A stretch of 64,000 nt of DNA. It comes from Octopus vulgaris. Lineage: Eukaryota. Numbering within the stretch: the first letter of the stretch is position 1; every line of letters begins with the position of its first letter. The stretch covers positions 29,822,001 to 29,886,000 of the forward strand of contig OX597826.1 in NCBI GenBank assembly GCA_951406725.2, written 5' to 3'. Positions 1-13,383 of this stretch are shown here, piece after piece. The position numbers and the translations under genes are program-made. The notes beneath the pieces were generated by a model. The model was not told the origin of the DNA, did not search any database, and was given only the letters and a program-made list of their open reading frames with translations.

Positions 1-75
1 AAATTATTCATTCATAAGCAGAGATGTGTAATAAAAAAGGAAATAAAAGCAATCTTCAGATAATGACCCAAGAAA

Positions 76-104
76 TGATAATAATAATAATAATAATAAT
101 AATG

Positions 105-153
<49 letters not shown>

Positions 154-172
154 GAAGAAGAAGAAGAAGAAG
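76..172. repeat. (TAA)n followed by (GAA)n microsatellite
   Basis: Directly visible trinucleotide runs. Confidence 0.95.
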
Positions 173-597
173 AACAAGGGCTGAAATTTGTGAGGACTAA
201 TCGATTACTTGATCCAGTGTTTCACTGGTACTTAATTTATCGAAAAGCAAGTCGACCTCGGTAGAATTTGAACTCAAAACGTAGCGATGGGCGAAATACC
301 TATTTCTTTATTACCCACAAGGGGCTAAACATAGAGGGGACAAACAAGGACAGACATAGGTATTAAGTCGATTACATCGACCCCAGTGCGTAACTGATAC
401 TTAATTTATCGACCCCGAAAGGATGAAAGGTAAAGTCGACCTCGGCGGAATTTGAACTCACAACGTAACGGCAGACGAAATACTGCTAAGCATTTCGCCC
501 GACGTGCTAACGTTTCTGCAAGCTCGCCGCCTTACTGGGCGAAATACGGATTATCATTCCGTCCAGCAAGCGAACGATTCTGCCAGATCGCCGCCTT
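173..597 (-). mobile_element. Cluster of SINE family A copies (head GGCGGCGAGCT..., body GTCGACTTTGCCTTTCATCCTTTCGGGGTCGATAAATTAAGTACCAGT)
   Basis: The same sequence recurs at about 30850-31040, 32632-33372, 59665-59850 and 60270-60482. B-box-like GAGTTCAAATTCC on the minus strand. Confidence 0.85.
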
Positions 598-1108
598 GAA
601 AAAAAGAAAAAACGAAGGAAGAAGTGCAAAAATGACATGAAGAATTATGCAAGAAGGGACTAAATTGAAAGAAAATATAAAAGAATGACAACAAATTTTC
701 CCGAAATTAATTATTGGAACAAAAACAACAAGCAAGTTATGTGCTGTTTGTATAAAATATTGAAAGAAATAAACAAATGAAAAACTGAAAAATTTACGAA
801 ATATTTTTTCCGTTCTCACAAAAAAATCATATTTATTAATGTTGATCTTGTTATGCGGCATTGTTGAAATATGTAGGTGTATGATATTTCTACAAATAGA
901 ATAAATGTGTCTATATAAAGATGTATATATGGAAGACTCATATATAGTACTTTGAGTTTCCTCCCAAGTCCTAAATATGAAGTTATCCGATTGCCAATCG
1001 ATGCACGTGCCAGAATTCATGCACACCCCCACCACACATATACACGTAGACACTCTGAGATGATTCAACAACACAACACCTAATATCCTAAAGGTATATC
1101 TTTTCTAC

Positions 1109-1190
1109 CCTCCTGATGAGATTTTGCCTTATATAATGATCTAATAATTGCTATTTTCATCCTTAGACTTAATTGAAACAGCTGTAAGAG
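1109..1190 (+). ncRNA. Degenerate type I hammerhead-like motif
   Basis: CTGATGA 1113-1119; stem II gatt/aatt with a long insert; GAAA 1175-1178; palindromic stem III ACAGCTGT; GTA triplet. Stem I is imperfect. Confidence 0.5.
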
Positions 1191-1691
1191 AATATGTTGG
1201 ATTTTTGCAGATGATAATTTTTTATTAAAGGCTATATCTTCATTTTCTTAATTTTGTTTTGAATGATTATATACATACATATATCTATATATTTTTCCGA
1301 ATTTGTGTAAATGTTTATAGAATAATATATCAGCTGAATAAAGTCAAAACACAGTCTGGCTTTCACGTTTTTTTATTATTGTATTTAAATTTCTTTTTCT
1401 ACAGTTGTCAAGAACTCAACTATCAATTAAATACATTTTGAAATCTGATGAATACCATACGGTGACAAACTGAGACATGTTTCGGCCTTATTTGACCTTA
1501 TCCTGGGTATTTTCCCAAATGCTTCATTATTGTTGTTCAGCCTTGATCAAGCAGCCCCAGTATGATTATTACTGAGTAATTTTATAGGACCATCTTATAA
1601 AGTCATTACATGATCCCTTAAGGTAGACTTTGCAGCTATTTCTTGCAGCTCAAACAATCGCATGGGGTTGCAACAATTGGTTCGTTTAAAC

Positions 1692-1965
1692 CAGTGGTTC
1701 TGAACCGTTTTTTCCTGTGTACCCCTTTGATTTCTATTTTATTCTGCTGGATCCCCATTGCCTTTTGCTGCTTAAATTAAATCCTATTATATTTCTATTA
1801 TTAAATATTGTTAGGAATTGTATAAAAAAATTGTTAAAATGTTTTATATATCGTAAAAATATAAGCAATTTATCGCGCATAAATTTTAACAACAAAATCT
1901 TATATGGACCCTTAAGGGTGATGTGGTCCCCTAATGGTCATGCGGTCCCCGGTTGAGAATTACTT
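1692..1965. mobile_element. hAT (Charlie-like) non-autonomous element
   Basis: Imperfect TIRs CAGTGGTTCTGAACC / GGTTGAGAATTACTT, flanked by near-identical 8-mers gtttaaac and gttcagac. Confidence 0.65.
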
Positions 1966-2954
1966 GTTCAGACGAATGTTCTGGAAGAAGGTGCGCTTTG
2001 GTTAAACGAATTGTGCGATATACGTGGGTGAGATATCTTTTAGACACTGGAGTTTTGTAGTAGAAAAGTCGAGCAAAGCAGATGGAATAAATGAAATAGA
2101 GAAATAGACAGGGGGAGAGAAAAAGACAGAGAGAGAAAGAGAGAGGGAGAGTGTATATGTATATATGAGTGATTCTGCGAAGACAAATATAAATATTTAA
2201 GTAGGAAGTTATAAGTTTGATTCCTAACAGGCTGTATCTATTTATTCAATTAACGTTGTGTTACTTTCTTCACTTAGAGAAATCCATTAGAATTTTTGTT
2301 GATGTATGTATTTGATCTTGCGCACACACGCACACACATACTCTCACACTTACACATATATGCATAAACATACATGAATATATGCATACACACATACATA
2401 CATAATACATATATATGCGCATGCATACATATACTTAATATATACTTAGGTATGTATTCACGCATACGTACATACGTGTGTGTGAAATGTATAAAACACC
2501 GCACACACTATACACGCACACAGACACACATACATATATACATATATTCTTTATATAATATATATCGTGCATACACACAGAAATGTTAACTTTATTGGAT
2601 GTGAATACATACAAACACACTCGCTTCTGTACAAATAAACTCAACACGCGGTCTAGAGTACAGTAATGGCTCAAAGAGAATCCTTTTCTTTTTCAGTGTT
2701 GTTATTTAACTCCATTCAAACTTGATGGAGCAAATCTATGATGAAAGTTATTTCAGATGTGATCATGCAATATTTTCAGTGATGAATAGGGCTGAATAAA
2801 TGCATCTCAAATTGAATGGTACCAACCACTTGAGAGTGATGGAATGTTTAATACGGGGAAAAGTATAGGGACCTAAAAGGGGCGGTAGGGATCGACAGAT
2901 GCATCTGTGCACTTTATTTTGCTTTCGTCTCCAATTCTTTTTTAATATATCTAT

Positions 2955-3392
<438 letters not shown>

Positions 3393-3613
3393 CTTTTCGG
3401 GTGATGAGGAACTTATTTCCGAGGTACGGACTTGGTTCCACACGCAAAGTACCGACTTCTACAGATGAGGTCTTCACAGCTACATAAAGCGATGGGAAAA
3501 GTGTGTCACCATTGGTGGTGGTTGTGTAGAGAAAGACTAATAATTAGGCCAAGTTTCTTTTATCCCAGTCCTTGGCAAGTGGGTCTAGGGAAATCTTATA
3601 TATCTATATAACA

Positions 3614-3677
<64 letters not shown>

Positions 3678-3911
3678 TAGATATTTTAGTGCATAGTGAT
3701 TGCATAGAAGTCTCTGGGCCCGCTTATTTTAAGTGTTTTAATAATATAGGGATTGAAAAAAGATACAGATCAATATTGGAAAAATTCTTCAATATAGGAT
3801 TGGAAATATTGTGAGATTTATGGTTCCAGAAAGACGGGTTCAATGGGCCAGACGTGAGAGCAGAGTAGAGAAAGGAAGAAAGAGAAGTATAGGAAGACGT
3901 AGGAAGAGAGG

Positions 3912-3949
<38 letters not shown>

Positions 3950-5184
3950 GAGAACAGGAGAGCGAAGAGAAAGAAGGAGAGAGAGAGAGAAGAGAGGAAA
4001 TGAGAGAGAAAAGAAAAAGGAGAAAAGACTAGAGAGAGAGAGAGAGAGAGAGGAGCAAAGTGCAGGGAGAAGAGAGAGAAGCATGAGAGAGAAAGAAAAA
4101 AGTGAGAGTGGGGCAGGGAGGGGAATGAGAAGGAATAGAGATAGAGAGAGAGAGAGAGAGAAGAATAGAGAAAAGTAGAGGAAGGTAGGAGAAGGTGGAG
4201 GAAGGTAGAGGAAGGTAGAGAAAGGTAGAGGAAGGTAGAGGAAGGTAGGTGTATTAACAATTGATATGTCTGAGACCATAGGTTTCGTTCAGTACACTGC
4301 TTCTGATATTGATCTCAACGTCCTTTATTGATTTCTACGTCCTCCGCCCCTCCCCCTGTTCTAACGGCCATAAAGTGTATTTAATGTGGTACTCAACTAA
4401 TACCCTGTTGTCGTGTTGGGTAATTTACTGAACATTTTTAAAAGGTTAAGGCTGTAAACCACTACAAAAAATCAGGAGCGAGAGATCCTAAGGCAGACAT
4501 TTACGGTTATACTTCATCGACTTGAAGCATCTCTACGCGGACCCATGAATGCCATGACTCTTTTTATTTGTCTTTCTTTCGAGATGCATCCATCAGTAGA
4601 GATGTGGTAGGAGATGTACTTGGAGCTAGGTACATGGTCCTGTAAACAGACAAGACGTAGAAGAGATGCTTAAGTCACTGTCCCTGCAATGCCGTCGACC
4701 AACGACGAAAAGGTCAAGCAAACCACTCCGTAGAAATGATATATGATATCTTTTATTTTTTACAGTCATTGGACAGCGACCATGCGGGGGGATCCGCCTT
4801 GAAGAATTTCAGTCGAACGAATCAAGCTCAGTTCTTATTTTCAAAGCAAGGTACCTATTCTACCGGTTTCTTTTACAGAGTCATTTGTTCAATGGTGGTA
4901 GGAACATATTTACACATACATATATATGACGGGCTTCTTTCTGTTTCCGTCAACCAATTTACATATATGTATATGTATGTATAGATAGATATAGATATAT
5001 ATACACATACATATATGCATATACATATATACAGACTTTTGTTGCTTTGTGTCCATAAGCTAACACATGTATACAAGCAAATAACCAAGAAATACTCGTC
5101 TCATAGAAATGACAAAAATGAATTTGCCTAGAAGACATCCATGATTGATCATCACACTTTGACTCATAGAACTGGAAAAATAAT

Positions 5185-5215
<31 letters not shown>

Positions 5216-6027
5216 CAACGCAGAGGGTTAGAGAAAGGTTAGGGTTATTTATTGAATATTAGTTTTCATATTGAAGCAGAGGGAAAAAAAGATCGAAATA
5301 AAAAAATATAAACTCAACAAAATCCTTCCGAAAATCAACAAAAAAAGAGAAAAAAGCTAAGAAAGCTAAACTAGTCTGACATAAAATTAGCATTTATTAA
5401 ATTTTCATCTCTTACATTCTAATTAAAAAACAAAACAAAACAGAAATAAAATCGATCTAATAATAAATCCCCTGGTGGCCTTTGACCCACTAATCTAATA
5501 TATTTATCTATTCCTCTTCTTGTTTGTTAGCCCATCTTTGTCTTTCATTAAATTCTATGCCTCTCTCTCTCTCACTTTCTCTCTCCCTCTCTCCCTCTCT
5601 CTCTCCCTCTCTCTCTCTCTATATATATAATATATATATATCTACTATGTACATATATTTATGTATTTAAATATGTATGTATGTACGTGTGCGTGTATAT
5701 ATATATATGTATATATATATACATACATATGTATGTATATATATGTACATATGTATGTATTCCTTATATGTATATGTGTAAGTCTGTAAGTATATACCTG
5801 TTATTATGTATAACAACTACAGCTATTTCTACTTAACTAACTACACATACACACGCCCTTCTTCACTCTCACACATGCACACACACACAAACTCACATAT
5901 ATACATATGAGTGTATATGAGTAAGTGTATGCTTGAATATATAGATACATATATATTTATAAATATATATGCGTGGAAAGTAAATTGATAAAAATATCCC
6001 ACACATACGTACACATGCACATATACG

Positions 6028-6078
<51 letters not shown>

Positions 6079-6081
<3 letters not shown>

Positions 6082-6765
6082 GTTTCTATCCAACCACCGT
6101 GCAGAACGCTTGCTATTGTTGAAAAGAATCCATTTTTAATCACTCGTAACAATACGATGCAAAAATGGTTCGCTTTTATGCTGTGACAGCAAAGAACAAC
6201 GAAGAACGACGTGTCATTTGATGCTCGTTCAGTTCGTGTGGTATCCACTTGTCCAGCTTCTTTACCTTGTTTCAGATGGTCCGATGCAGTTGGAATCGAA
6301 ACATCGAACTTTGCTGCTAACTTACGCGTAATTTGAGATGTATCCGTTTTCTCGACAGTTTCCAGCTCATCATTATCCACCTTGGTGTCAGGTCTACCAC
6401 GGGGCTGATTTTCAAGAGTAAAGTCACCAGACCGGAATTTCTCAAACCATTGACCTCCAGTGTGCTCATTCACCACATCTTCACCAAACACCTCATTGAT
6501 GTTTCCAGCTGTCTGAGATGCATTGGTTCCACACGGATCTCATATTCATAAACAACACGAATTTTTGATCTATCCATGGGTTCACAAAAAATGATTTACG
6601 AGAGAAAACTCACAATATAATCAGACACCATGAATCGCATTTCGAAAAGTGATGAGGTAACTCTTTAATGTTGTAAAACAAAGAATTGCCAGGATAAAAC
6701 ATTAGAGTTAACGACTGTCAAACTTGGTGCATAAGAAAATCGGACATTTCATTCTTAATGACCAG
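6079..6765 (-). pseudogene. Decayed mariner transposase fragment
   Basis: Translation includes QWFEKFRSGDFTLENQPRGRP (HTH region) and, after frameshifts, WIPHEL-like and IVTSD-KWI-like motifs. Confidence 0.85.
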
Positions 6766-7469
6766 ATAATATAGTAAATAAGCTGTTGTTTACTAACAGC
6801 TATGGAAGTGGACAATTTAGATGCTTCTAAAACCAGACGCCATTTTTATTTTTCAGCAATTTATGTAACGTCTCACAAATTTGCTGAAACGTGGAAAGAT
6901 CAATGATCGCATGCTTCCTTAAAGACATGAAAGGGCTTCAAATATCGTCTGGTCATCCAGAATGGACAGCATGTAGCTTCCTGAGTGGCAACTTGTGAAA
7001 CCGTTTCTAATGCAAAAGCGATGTATTTTTGCTTTTGCATAGCAGGTGTAAGCACGTTGAAGGAGAATTTGGTTTTCGATTTACGATGCAAAGTGTGTAT
7101 CAAAGGGGTGGGTATGTGGGTAGGATATCGGGGTGAATAAGGAATTGGACGGAATTTGTGTGTATATGTAGATAGATATACACAGATAAATAGAAAGATA
7201 AATAGCGAGAGAGAGAGAGAGGGTAATAGTGAATGCTATTGCATATGGAAGCAGGTGATATTGAAAGTATCAATCGTACGTCACCTTTCCACACACGCAC
7301 GCGCGAGCACACACACACACTGACACATATACGCACATATATGTTCATATATATATATATATATATATGTGCATTTTTATTATACGTGTATATATATCTG
7401 AGTGTGCATGCATATATATATATATATGTATGTATATACATTGATATTATAGCTATATTATATATATGT

Positions 7470-7504
<35 letters not shown>

Positions 7505-7989
7505 GTATACACATACACGCATAAATATACATATATATTACGCACATATTCTTTATTCATTTATTCTTTCAATGGTTTCAGTTATTGGACAGCAGCCATT
7601 CTGGCAGACCGACTTCAACTTTTGATTCATTTCATTTACTTTTTACTTATTTATTGAAAAAGCTTGTTGAACAGTTATAATTGTAAAGCTGATCAATAAC
7701 TGAATTTGTTGCAGCTGATCTCCCTTGAGTGTAACCTCAGCAGGTGGTTAGTTGCGATATTCCAGTTAGGATTTTGTCCAACATTATATTGGAGCCTATT
7801 GAATTTATGATCTCTTCAGATAAGCAGTAGACCGCTTGAGGATCCCTGAATACCAGATTGATTACAATAGAGTGTCATATCCATCCATTCATCTATCCAT
7901 ATATATATATATATATATATTACAGTTATAATATATATATATTTATATATTATAATAGTGTCATATCCATCAATACATACATACATACA

Positions 7990-8090
<101 letters not shown>

Positions 8091-8916
8091 TAAAAGTTAG
8101 GGTACAATATGTAAGTTTGCTTGAAAGAAGAGTTAAAACTCTCCAAAACCACGCATCTCTCACTATATGTAAATATGTACGGAGAATGTAGCAAATACAT
8201 TTAGAAAAATTACAAACAGGAGGGTAGATATCCCAGTATCAATTCATTTCGCTTTCTGTTTCGAATTGACACATAAATCTCATCAGCTAGGTTTACTACG
8301 TAAATTATTTTAAAAAATATATTTACCCCACCGTTCGCAATTTTGAATTTATATATGTATTAATACAGCAATCCTTCACCATGTCGCGTTTTACCTATCG
8401 CACACTCAGTACAACGCACATTTCTCTGGCTGATATACGTAAATTTATATCGCAGACTCCTCAGTACATCGCAGGTTTCTGCAGCCGATAGGGATTTATA
8501 TTTTTTTAAATATCAATTATTTCTGTGGTAAAATAAGCATTTTCACGCCTAGAAATTAATAAATCAATAAATGAAAATGGAGCTCATTACTGTGCTTATA
8601 ACACATTAATTAAAATATATTAAAAGAAAATATTTAGTGTACCGTGGATGAGCAAACAAAGAAGCGCACACACTGTATGGAAAACGAAACTCAGGAGGCG
8701 AGTGTGAGTTGTTGTTTTGCATTTATAATAAAATGAATACATACAAATTATAAAAATAACAAAAATATATATACAGTACAGTACGGTTTCTACTTCTCGG
8801 ATTTTCACCTATCGGAGGAGGTTTTGGAGCGTAACACTTGCGATAGTCAAGGGATTTCTCTGTATATATCTATATATATATAATATATATTACAATAGTG
8901 TCATATCCATCCATCC

Positions 8917-8950
<34 letters not shown>

Positions 8951-9043
8951 TCAATCAAAACTCTCCGACGAACGGGTACGTAAAACTCTGAGTAGCATTT
9001 TTTTGGTGATATTCTTTTGTTTTTGCAGCTTTAATAATAAAGC

Positions 9044-9100
<57 letters not shown>

Positions 9101-9860
9101 TATACATATATATATATGTATGTACGAATGTATGTATGTATGTATGTATGTAAGTATGTGTGTGTGTGTGTGCGTGCGCCAGTGTGTGTGTGTGTGTATG
9201 TATTTATGAAATATAATGGCTATACGCAATATAAAGCCAAAACGGAAAAATTCAGTTATCACTAATTGCAGGGGTAGGACCTACATTGCTAGAAATAAGA
9301 GTTAAAATCCCTTACAGCACACAAATACACACACACAGACATCTTAAAAAGTAAATAGACGCCCCTCATTATACTATTTTGTCTGTGCTGACGCCACTCA
9401 TTTGTACGATGCTCAACCGGGTTAGTTTTAGGTATGGCGTATCTATAAAAGAAGAACACAAGTGGGATTCAAAATGCACCACAACTGTCTCGGCAGCGTT
9501 TATTGATGCTTTAATGCTTTCTTAGATTGGATCACAGCTAAGAGCCTCTATCATCAGGTAAAGTTAAATCACATAAATAGGTAAGGAAGAAACAGAAGAT
9601 AACCCTTTAACCAGCTGCTATGATGAACAAGTGATATCATGGAAAAAACAAAAACAAAAAACAATAGACCTTATAGAGAAAGTGAAACGGATATTTCGAG
9701 AACAATTAAGTAAAATCTATCCTGTTTTTCAAGTTTTCTTAATTTACGGCCTTACACTTGTTTCCATCGGAAAATCTAGCAACCCAAGTTTGATCTCTGT
9801 TGAGTGTTTATAAAGTATTTTAAAGGATTTTCGACCCCCTTTTCCTTTGTTTTATATATA

Positions 9861-9912
<52 letters not shown>

Positions 9913-9920
<8 letters not shown>

Positions 9921-10193
9921 AATATGGTACATTACTCGATAGTCAAGATAAAACTCTGAGTTTCAGATGCCGAAGTGGGAATCCACGACATCTCTTCGGT
10001 TATCTGGCTATTTGAAAACGCTATTTCAAATAGCCAGATAACCGAAGAGATGTCGTGGATTCCCACTTCGGCATCTGAAACTCAGAGTTTTATCTTGACT
10101 ATCGAGTAATGTAACATATTATTGTATAGATAAATTTCCTCTATTTACATAATATTGAGGTCTCTTTCTTTCTTTTGTTATCTTACCGTTTTA

Positions 10194-10198
<5 letters not shown>
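9913..10198. mobile_element. Palindromic PLE pseudo-LTR-like element (family P1) between (TA)n tracts
   Basis: 105-bp inverted arms 9913-10017 and 10024-10128 with 1 mismatch. The 3' tail is shared with 13311-13381, 45321-45385 (minus) and 57808-57863. Confidence 0.8.
10036..10095 (+). ncRNA. Hammerhead-like motif with CCGAAGA core (mirror copy on the minus strand at 9946-10005)
   Basis: agataa-CCGAAGA-gatgtcg...cggcatc-t-GAAA-ctcagag-TT-ttatct. Stem I is 6 bp. Confidence 0.6.
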
Positions 10199-10238
<40 letters not shown>

Positions 10239-10258
10239 ATGTGTGTGTGTGTGTGTGT

Positions 10259-10596
10259 GAAGGCGCATGGCTCAGTGGTTAGAGCGTCGAGCTTACGATC
10301 GTGAGGTTGTGAGCTCGAATCCCAGACCGAGCTGCGTGTTGTGTTCTTGAGCAAGACACTTTGCGTTTCACGTTGCTCCAGTTCACTCAGCTGTAGAAAT
10401 GAGTTGCGACGTCATAGGTACCAAGCTGTATCGGCCTTTGCCTTTCCCTTGGATAACTCTGGTGGCGTGGAGAGGGGAGGCCGGTATGCATGGGCGACTG
10501 CTGGTCTTCCATAAACAACCTTGCCCGGACTTGTGCCTGGGAAGGGTAACTCCCTAGGTGCAATCCCATGGTCAGTCATGACTGAAGGGGGTCTCA
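10259..10596 (+). mobile_element. tRNA-derived SINE with CORE-like central region
   Basis: A box TGGCTCAGTGG, B-box-like GCTCGAATCCC, then TTCTTGAGCAAGACACTT. Related heads at about 12708-12810 and 21188-21320. Confidence 0.8.
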
Positions 10597-10991
10597 GATA
10601 TATATATTGAGGAATGATAAAGAATAGGATCTGAAGTCAGTAGGGACCAGAAGCTAGTAGTGCACCCCATGAGAGCACAACAGACAGCATACAACTCGGA
10701 CGGTTTCACGTATGTTTCTGTCTTAATGTTCACGTTTATTAAACTCCACTTTGTCAAGAGTTAATTTAGAAATTCGCTTATCATCTTTAGTATTTATGAA
10801 TTTACCTTAACCCTTTAACTGCAATATTAAATTGCAGTAGTGATGTTAAATGTGTATAAATAACAAAAGAAAAGAAGAAAAAGAGAATTGTATTTTCTGC
10901 AAATCATTTTGCCCCATTAAACTTGACATATCAGCAAAAAATTTCAGAAATGAATGACGTTCCTCAACAAAAGATAGGTTGGTATATAAAA

Positions 10992-11422
10992 CTATTGGGT
11001 TGGCAAAAGAGTAATTTCGTTTTTCGCAAATAGATAAAGTTACAATCTCTTTCAATGACTTTCGTCAATGTTATGATTTTTGTCCTTTTGACATTTGATA
11101 GCCGTTACTTTTAGCTTGCTTTAGAAGCAAATTGCACGTAATTTTGTTTACAGTTGAGAGTTCAGTTTCAATTTTAACATGGAGCGCAAAAACGAATATT
11201 TTCGCCATATTTTGCTTTTCTCTTTCCGTAAACACAAGAAAGCTTCTGAGGCTTACAAAGGGATATTGTGAAGTTTACGGTGTTGATTGCTTTACAGAAC
11301 GTACATGTTAAAAATGGTTTCAAAAATATTCCGTTCAGGAGATTTTTCACTCAAAGATAACCAACGCTCTGGTCGAACTACTGGAGTTAATGATGGGCGA
11401 ATCAAAGCCATAACTGAATCTG
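10992..11422 (+). pseudogene. Mariner 5' end with decayed transposase N-terminus
   Basis: TIR-like TATTGGGTTGGCAA. ATG at 11179 gives MERKNEYFRHILLFSFRK...FRSGDFSLKDNQRSGR with frameshifts. Confidence 0.85.
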
Positions 11423-11699
11423 CAACGTTGTATTGGCCCCTGAGCAGGGATCGCCAAGGTTTTGGCAAAAGTTGATGCAGGTTCATGGTCAAAGCAACAA
11501 TCACACGCTACACACGTTCCTTCCAAGCACTGCTGTATACAGCGGAAGTGAGTTAGGATGTTAAAACTTAGTGCGCCTGCACAGCAGAGTTCAAGGTCAA
11601 CCTGTGCCAAGCGACTTCACTCTGCGTGCTTTAACTTCGTTATTATGGCAACAGTCCGGATACTAATTGATCAGTCCATGTACATATATACATACATAC

Positions 11700-11993
11700 A
11701 TACAAAAATCTAGAAATACCCGGTTTCTTTGAGAAAGAGCAAAAGAAACTGATGCGGATTCTGCAAATGCAAACCAATCAGTGGCACACAGAAGATTTGT
11801 AAGACATTCCAAAAATTCTCTACCTGAGTTTCTTATGTAAATAGATGGACACACTTGGGTGGATGCCTCGACAGTTCAACCAACACACCAACTCAACCAC
11901 ATATTTACAAAGAGGGGGTACTCTTTTAAGAAGTTCTGTTGCTTCCTTAGTGACTGACTCGACCTCTCTCAAGAAGAACTTAAATAAAACTCA
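11700..11993. repeat. Unclassified interspersed repeat, second copy at about 52790-53098
   Basis: Shared AATAGATG.ACACACTTGGGTG.ATGC.TCGACAGTTCAA and a common right end AACTTAAAT.AAACT. Confidence 0.7.
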
Positions 11994-13171
11994 TGGGAAA
12001 CACACACACACACGCACATACACACACGCACCCACGCACGCACACAGACACATACTCACACAAACATATATACACAACAGTCTGCTTTAAGCTTATTTGT
12101 ATTAAATTCACCCCCGAGGCATTGGTCGGCCTGGGGCTATAATATAAGAAAGTCGTCCATGGTGCCACGCTGTGGAACTGAATCTGAAGATACGCGGCGA
12201 GGAAACAAACTTCTTGCCATAGAACCAGATATGAGTCTATAAAGTAAACCTTTTGTCTATATCCACTTTATACTTAATCATTGATCTTAAATCTAAAAAC
12301 GAGGTTTGTCTTTATTCTTCTACGTTTTAAACAGTTTAATCATCCTGATAACATAGTCGACCAAAGGAAATGTTAAGCTCATAATTCTCTCACTCCTTTT
12401 ATGATCGTTCTTTCTGCACAACTGATTTGATTTCACCAAGTCTAATTTTTAAGTAGAACTCTTGATTAATTTAATTTAGGATTTAATTAACTTAATATAT
12501 CTGAATTCATCTAATTCCGATACCAATTTACTTGTCTCCTTCTGAATTATATATATATCTCAAAACGTAGATATTATGCTTTTTATTTTTATATTTTAAT
12601 TGACCTTTTATCTGTATTTCTCTACTTTTATATAAACCCGAATATTTGTTTGTGCTAACTGATCGATATAACTTTCATTTCAATTACCGAGTATTATTTT
12701 AAAAGTGAAAGCACGTGGCTTAGTGGTAGGGCATTCCGTTCACGATCGTAATGTTGTTGTTTGATTCCTGGCGGCGTGTTGTGTCCTTGAGCAAGGTACT
12801 TTATTTTACGCGCATCCACACGCATTTTTCGAATATACCTGCACGTAGTCTGCACGCTATGTTCATATAAGCCGTGGACTGGGGAAATGATTCATCGCCG
12901 ATTCTGTTCGGGTACCTGATGTTGACAAGCCGCAAAAAATGGCGAGATATTGATATCTATCACTCTTAGATGGGATTAGAGGCGAGTTATCTCGCCTGTC
13001 CGTGACATTCCGGTGTCTTAACACCCGGTGCTTTGAGAGATTATTCTCTACCATGCCATAGTGCAGCCTACCCGCAAATGCGCGTAGAGTACATGTAGTT
13101 GGTCATGTTTATTAAGCTGCTTCTATTTCGTATTCAAATTTATACACACACACACGCACACACACATACAC

Positions 13172-13383
13172 TTAGAGTTTTATCTTGGCTTCCGAATAAT
13201 TGTCACCCTCGGTTTCCGAAACTCAGAGTTTTATCTTGGCTATCGAATAATTGTACCTCGGCATCCGAAACTCAGTTTTATTTTGGCTACCGAATAATTG
13301 TCACATTTACAGATAAAATCCTCCATTTAGATAATATTGAGGTCTCTTTCTTTCTTTTGTTATCTTACCGTTTTTACCAATAA
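13172..13383 (+). mobile_element. Family P1 copy with three tandem units of about 50 nt
   Basis: Repeated (CCGAAACTC)AGAGTTTTATCTTGGCTA.CGAATAATTGT followed by the P1 tail. Confidence 0.75.

Noticed and set aside
532-1074. 180-aa minus-strand ORF
   Set aside because: No recognisable motif; AT-rich sequence upstream of a degenerate HHR, more likely a decayed retroelement end.
1444-1510. CTGATGA on plus and GCCGAAACATGTC on minus, suggesting HHR remnants
   Set aside because: Neither strand gives a complete core with stems.
6800-7000. Possible RTE-type RT remnant (WKDQ, SGH, RMD words)
   Set aside because: Too degraded to support without a profile search.
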